DNA of 64,000 bases from Patescibacteria group bacterium (GTDB lineage Bacteria; Patescibacteriota; Microgenomatia; JAMCZE01), in the NCBI GenBank assembly GCA_023380635.1, contig JAMCRP010000001.1, forward strand, positions 341,200 to 405,199, read 5' to 3'. A model generated the notes under the pieces. It was not told the DNA's origin. It worked only from the letters and a program-made list of their open reading frames with translations, and did not search any database. Shown here in pieces: positions 60,021 to 64,000 of the stretch (its first letter is position 1; each line of letters opens with the position of its first letter). A program made the translations under genes and the position numbers.

Positions 60021-62281
60021 TAATCAGTTACCGTTTCCAATTTTAAGTTTTGAGCACGCCAGGGGAGGAAGTAATTAATAATACTTTGGAAAACCCGAGG
60101 CTTTGCTTCGATATCAACACTGTCAACCCCTGTCTGGGCCGTCAAAATTTCCGTCGCTTTAGTCGGGTTCTTCCCGACAATCTCCCGACTTAGTTGATCC
60201 AAATCCACCTGAGGCAGCATTGAAGCCGCCAGTTGAACATCCAAAACGGCGTTTCCTGATTTATCCAGCTTCGTCGATTTAATCTCGGGTTTAGCCGTAT
60301 CTTTGGCCAAATAGTAACCAGAGGGGACATCGCTGCCAAATTTTTCCAGGAATTTATCGGTCAAATCATCCCGGGAAACAGTTACCCCTTTAAAATTAAT
60401 TGTCAGATCGAGGCTGACCATATCGGCTTCAGCATCAACATCTTTAGAATAGCGTTTTTGAGTAATTTGCGAAGTTATGGCGTTAGGTAAAAGAGTCTGA
60501 CCGCTGTCCAGCTTGGTATTAAGATCGGCGGCAGCTTTTTGCTGCAGTTCCGCCGAAAGCGTCGCCAGCAGTCGATCCTGGTCGGCTTTTGTTACTACCG
60601 TCGCTTCGTGACTGTTACCTCCGGTTAAAGCCGCGTCATTTTTAGCCTGATAGGAACTGCTGGAAAAACTGCCAATGGTAAACAGAGTTCCGGCCGGCAG
60701 GTTATACTTATCCCCGATATCGGCCCCGGTAATCGCGGCGGTCGCAGTCACCTGAGAAGCTGCCCCCGAACCGGACGCCACGGATACATCACTGTTTAAA
60801 GTGAATTTTAATCCTTGCGGCGAGGTTAAAACGGTACCCGCCGAAAAGTTTTTGCTATCAGCCGTGCTATAAATTGTCACGCTGCCGTGCGCCTTGTCCC
60901 CGACCAGTTTGTTTCCCGTGGCCACGCTTTTCTTGGTTCCCATTTCTGACACGCTGACCATTTGTCCCGAAATTGTCGCTTCCATTTCCCGGTCAAAAGT
61001 TTCCGGTTTCAGATGAATAATTACCTTAGCCTGAGGCACCAGGTAGATTATTAATCCCCCGGCCACAAGAATCACCGCCAAGACCGCGGCCGCCAGAAAC
61101 ACCGGAACCGGCGGTTTTTTGGAAGAAAATGCCGGCGCGTTCACATTTACCATCTTTTTGTTTGGTTTCAGATTTTTAACCTGGGCCAAAATTTTTTCGA
61201 TCATAGGATTAAGACTGCCAAAAATTTTTTTAAAATTAACCTTAGGCATCATCTTGGGCGCTTCAGCCTTAAACGGCATCGCCGGAACCGCCCTTTCCTC
61301 ATGGGTCATCTCCTGTAATTTCCCGAAGTCTCCGTCGGTCACAAAACCGGCTTCTTCGGCAGTTACTTCTTCCAGCTCCGGTTCTATCCCTTCTTCCATT
61401 TCTTCAATTGCCTTTGCCTCCCGGACCTTTTCTTCTTCATTCTCTGCGTTATTTTTTCTTTCTTCTATCTTCTTTTCCGGCTCCCCTTCTTCCGCCGGGG
61501 CGCCCATCACATCAATTCTTCCTCCCATCTGTGTTCCTCCGGCAATGGCAATCGCTTTGACAATGAGGTCCCCGGACAAAACTTCTACCCGCGGGAAATG
61601 CAAAAAAGGTAAACTTTTTGTCCAGGGATGAGCCATGATTTTTTCTTCCAGAGTCTTAAGATCCCGGCGCCCATCATAAAGAATAATTCTGGCCGGAAGC
61701 ACCTCTACCTGGGTAAACCGGCGCAAGGCCACTTCGATTCCGGCAGCCAGATTATTTACTCCGTCCGCGCTTTCCGGAATCGGAATCGTTCCCAAATTTT
61801 TGCCGGCTCTAAAAAGCGTGACCCAGCCGTTATCTCCGTCCAGACCAACTAAAACCGCGGTTAACGGTGCTCCTTCCGTTTCTTTCAGATAGTTTTCCAA
61901 AGCTTCAAAAAGCTGGACATAACCCAGGGGTCGCAAATCAAGTTCCTTACAAAGTTTGCGTAAAAGCTGCAGTTTCTCAGTGATAATTTTTCCCTCATTA
62001 ATCCAATCCGGGCTAACCCCAAAAATAGTTTTGGCTGCCGGTAATTGCCTTTCTCCTAAAGCCGTCGAAACTGCCGCATCTGCTGCCGCAAGCAGTCCTT
62101 CATAACTTTGACTGTCAATCTTCTCGCCGCCGGTATTTTCCACCACCACCCGACCTTCCGAAACAGCCCAAACCGTGGCCAGAACCTCCGTCGAAGAAAT
62201 TTTTACTGCCAGATACTGCTCTGCCGACTCTGACCGGGCAGATTTCCCTCCCACGCGAGAAAGAACGGAACTTAAATCCAT
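60020..62281 (-). CDS. 753-aa fusion protein: degenerate PilM/FtsA-like actin-fold N-domain, acidic linker, single TM, ~350-aa Ser/Thr/Ala-rich extracytoplasmic domain
   Basis: The N-terminus resembles PilM/FtsA but lacks a canonical DxGxxxxK phosphate-1 motif. The TM is VPVFLAAAVLAVILVAGGLIIYL. Translationally coupled (ATGA) to the sortase gene. Confidence 0.45.
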   Translation of the reverse strand: MDLSSVLSRVGGKSARSESAEQYLAVKISSTEVLATVWAVSEGRVVVENTGGEKIDSQSYEGLLAAADAAVSTALGERQLPAAKTIFGVSPDWINEGKIITEKLQLLRKLCKELDLRPLGYVQLFEALENYLKETEGAPLTAVLVGLDGDNGWVTLFRAGKNLGTIPIPESADGVNNLAAGIEVALRRFTQVEVLPARIILYDGRRDLKTLEEKIMAHPWTKSLPFLHFPRVEVLSGDLIVKAIAIAGGTQMGGRIDVMGAPAEEGEPEKKIEERKNNAENEEEKVREAKAIEEMEEGIEPELEEVTAEEAGFVTDGDFGKLQEMTHEERAVPAMPFKAEAPKMMPKVNFKKIFGSLNPMIEKILAQVKNLKPNKKMVNVNAPAFSSKKPPVPVFLAAAVLAVILVAGGLIIYLVPQAKVIIHLKPETFDREMEATISGQMVSVSEMGTKKSVATGNKLVGDKAHGSVTIYSTADSKNFSAGTVLTSPQGLKFTLNSDVSVASGSGAASQVTATAAITGADIGDKYNLPAGTLFTIGSFSSSSYQAKNDAALTGGNSHEATVVTKADQDRLLATLSAELQQKAAADLNTKLDSGQTLLPNAITSQITQKRYSKDVDAEADMVSLDLTINFKGVTVSRDDLTDKFLEKFGSDVPSGYYLAKDTAKPEIKSTKLDKSGNAVLDVQLAASMLPQVDLDQLSREIVGKNPTKATEILTAQTGVDSVDIEAKPRVFQSIINYFLPWRAQNLKLETVTD

Positions 62282-62318
62282 TAACTCAGACTAGCACAAA
62301 TGGTACAATTCTTCAAAG

Positions 62319-63176
62319 ATGAAACACATTACCCAATCTGACGCCTGGGCCAGATTTCGGCTGAGCACTCCGAATGTCAAAAAAGTTCTGGAAATTGCCG
62401 GAACCAAAGTCTATTTCCACCGAATCCCCCATCTGCCTTTTACCGTGGCCTATATTCCCCGGGCTGATGTTAAAGTTGACGACCATCTGAAAAACCTTTG
62501 TCGCAAAGAAGGAGCTATCTATTTAAAAGTCGAACCTCTGACCGGCCCCGGCGGCGACGGCAAACCGATCCTGCCCCAACATACTATTTATATTGACCTG
62601 ACAAAATCCGAAGAAGACCTCCTAAAGAATATGCATGAGAAAACCCGCTATAACATCCGTCTGGCCGCAAAAAAAGGCGTGGTCGTAAAACAAAGTGACG
62701 ATCTTGAAACTTTCATGAAAATTTTGGAGAAAACGGAAGCCCGCCAGGGTTTTTACTCTCATTATCCCGACTACTACCGCAAGCTTTGGCAAATCATTAA
62801 ACCAATCATATTAATAGCTTATGTCGAAGATAAACCAGTGGCCGCCATCATGCTTTTTCATTATGACGAAGTTTTGTATTACCCCTATGGCGGCTCTGAT
62901 CCGAAATACCGGGAATACATGGCTCCCAATCTTCTTCATTGGGAAGCTATTAAACTGGGAAAAAAACTGGGCTGTAAAATTTACGATTTATGGGGAAGCT
63001 ATAAAAATTCCAAAGACGAATCCGATCCCTGGTGGGGCATTTACCGCTTTAAATCCGGTTTCGGCGGCTATGAAGTGAATTTCCCTCAGGCCATTGATAT
63101 CCCCTTATCTCCCTTATATCCCCTATATCCTTTAGTCGATAATTTTCGTTGGAAAATTCTGAAGATTCTTCGATGA
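62319..63176 (+). CDS. FemAB-family peptidoglycan aminoacyl/peptidyl transferase, paralogue 1
   Basis: Fem-family pattern: KTRYNIRLAAKKGV, YYPYGGS, WEAIKLGKKLGCKIYDLWG. Confidence 0.7.
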   Translation: MKHITQSDAWARFRLSTPNVKKVLEIAGTKVYFHRIPHLPFTVAYIPRADVKVDDHLKNLCRKEGAIYLKVEPLTGPGGDGKPILPQHTIYIDLTKSEEDLLKNMHEKTRYNIRLAAKKGVVVKQSDDLETFMKILEKTEARQGFYSHYPDYYRKLWQIIKPIILIAYVEDKPVAAIMLFHYDEVLYYPYGGSDPKYREYMAPNLLHWEAIKLGKKLGCKIYDLWGSYKNSKDESDPWWGIYRFKSGFGGYEVNFPQAIDIPLSPLYPLYPLVDNFRWKILKILR

Positions 63177-63985
63177 GCGCTCTTCGCCAATCAAAAAATT
63201 ATGCCAAATATATGGAGTCTTTGGGCTGGACTGTCGACCACGGCGCTTTTATTAAAAAACTGTGGTTTACATCAATCGTCAAAATTCAGCACCCTGACAA
63301 AATTGATTTGACACCTCTCAAAAAATACCACCCCTTTTTAATAAAAGTCGAACCCAACTTAAGTGACTTAAGTCACTTAAGTTCCTTAAGAAACTTAGGT
63401 TTCAAGCGTGACAACTGGCCGCTCATTCCTTCAAAAACTTTGGTCTTAAACCTTAACAAAATAAACCTTTCGAAGGATGTTCGTTACGAAATCCGCAAAG
63501 CCGAAAAAGCCGGACTAAAAGTTGAAGAATCAAAAGACCCGCAGCTGTTTTACAAAATTCTTCAGGAAACCATGAAGATTGGTAAATGGTCTGTCCCGAT
63601 TAAAAAAGAGGTTATCAATCTCTGGAAAAGTTTTCAGCCAAACAACTCTGTCCTATTAATTGCCCGTAACGTTATTAATAACGTTACTAATAACGTTCCT
63701 GCTGCTGGTTGTCTTTTGGTTTGGAATGGCGACACGGCCCACTACATGTACGCCGCCAATACTGCCGAAGGCCGCAAATGCGGCGCTGCTTATCTCACTC
63801 TTTGGGAAGCCATTAAATTTTGTCAAAAGAAAAAACTAAAGTATTTGGATTTGGAAGGCATTTATGACGAACGCTATCCATCATCGACCAAAAACTGGCA
63901 AGGTTTCACGGCATTTAAAAAACAATGGGGCGGAAAAGTTGTCGAATATCCCGGAAGCTATTCGAAGTATCGTCTACCCACATAA
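63173..63985 (+). CDS. FemAB-family peptidoglycan aminoacyl/peptidyl transferase, paralogue 2
   Basis: VRYEIRKAEKAGLKV, HYMYAANT, WEAIKFCQKKKLKYLDLEG. ATGA overlap with paralogue 1; the ORF-track frame begins at 63149. Confidence 0.65.
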   Translation: MSALRQSKNYAKYMESLGWTVDHGAFIKKLWFTSIVKIQHPDKIDLTPLKKYHPFLIKVEPNLSDLSHLSSLRNLGFKRDNWPLIPSKTLVLNLNKINLSKDVRYEIRKAEKAGLKVEESKDPQLFYKILQETMKIGKWSVPIKKEVINLWKSFQPNNSVLLIARNVINNVTNNVPAAGCLLVWNGDTAHYMYAANTAEGRKCGAAYLTLWEAIKFCQKKKLKYLDLEGIYDERYPSSTKNWQGFTAFKKQWGGKVVEYPGSYSKYRLPT

Positions 63986-64000
63986 CATTTTAAACTCGCA

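Noticed and set aside
62319-63985. The two FemAB ORFs as one gene split by a frameshift
   Set aside because: Each ORF independently contains N-terminal, central and C-terminal Fem-like motifs, and each is the size of a complete Fem core. The ATGA overlap is a normal coupled junction.

Overview
This window is a dense run of core housekeeping genes from a small-genome bacterium. Compact IF-2, no L30 in the spc cluster, a short AlaRS, and a FemAB/sortase/M15/MltG cell-wall toolkit make a CPR/Patescibacteria-like, Gram-positive-type organism plausible; this is inference from content only.

Layout:
- The first ~29 kb, mostly on the + strand, holds groES–groEL (partial) and an hrcA-grpE-dnaK-dnaJ heat-shock operon with recognisable CIRCE operators. 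It continues with nusA-infB, rpsO-pnp, a protease-less Lon-like AAA+ gene, udg, rnj, ftsK, a rodZ-like gene, ytxG/ytxH-like genes, alaS, and an envelope-glycan pair (WecA/MraY-like plus UbiA DPPR-synthase-like).
- A minus-strand block follows: a PEGA/SH3b protein, rny, recX, tlyA, recA.
- tRNA-Pro(GGG) sits between recA and rpsI.
- The rest is one long minus-strand superoperon: rpoB-rpoC-rpsL-rpsG-fusA-[island]-tuf-S10-spc-alpha (rpsJ...rplQ-rplM-rpsI). Upstream of it lie mltG, yqgF, a sortase, a 753-aa PilM/FtsA-like fusion protein and two tandem FemAB paralogues.

No CRISPR array, rRNA or obvious transposase was seen.

The most unusual feature is a ~1.5 kb AT-rich insertion (~37% GC against ~50% flanking) that splits the normally contiguous fusA–tuf pair. 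It carries four small orphan ORFs: a 97-aa coiled-coil protein, a 124-aa 4-TM protein, a 45-aa peptide and a 30-aa hydrophobic peptide. Two of them have near-perfect AGGAGGTG Shine-Dalgarno sites, which the surrounding core genes largely lack. The island also holds a ~240-nt structured non-coding stretch.

Other notable signals:
- A recurring hairpin + U-tract + AUG architecture without SD in front of fusA, rpoB and rplC, and a hairpin plus AU-rich leader in front of tuf. The tuf, rpoB and rpsO promoter candidates share a TAAAAT -10.
- A two-copy palindromic intergenic repeat family (udg-rnj and rplE-rpsZ spacers).
- A Lon homologue lacking both the N-domain and the protease domain.
- A winged-helix ORF inserted between rplO and secY.
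- A degenerate DHH protein and a PNPase with an RGG tail.
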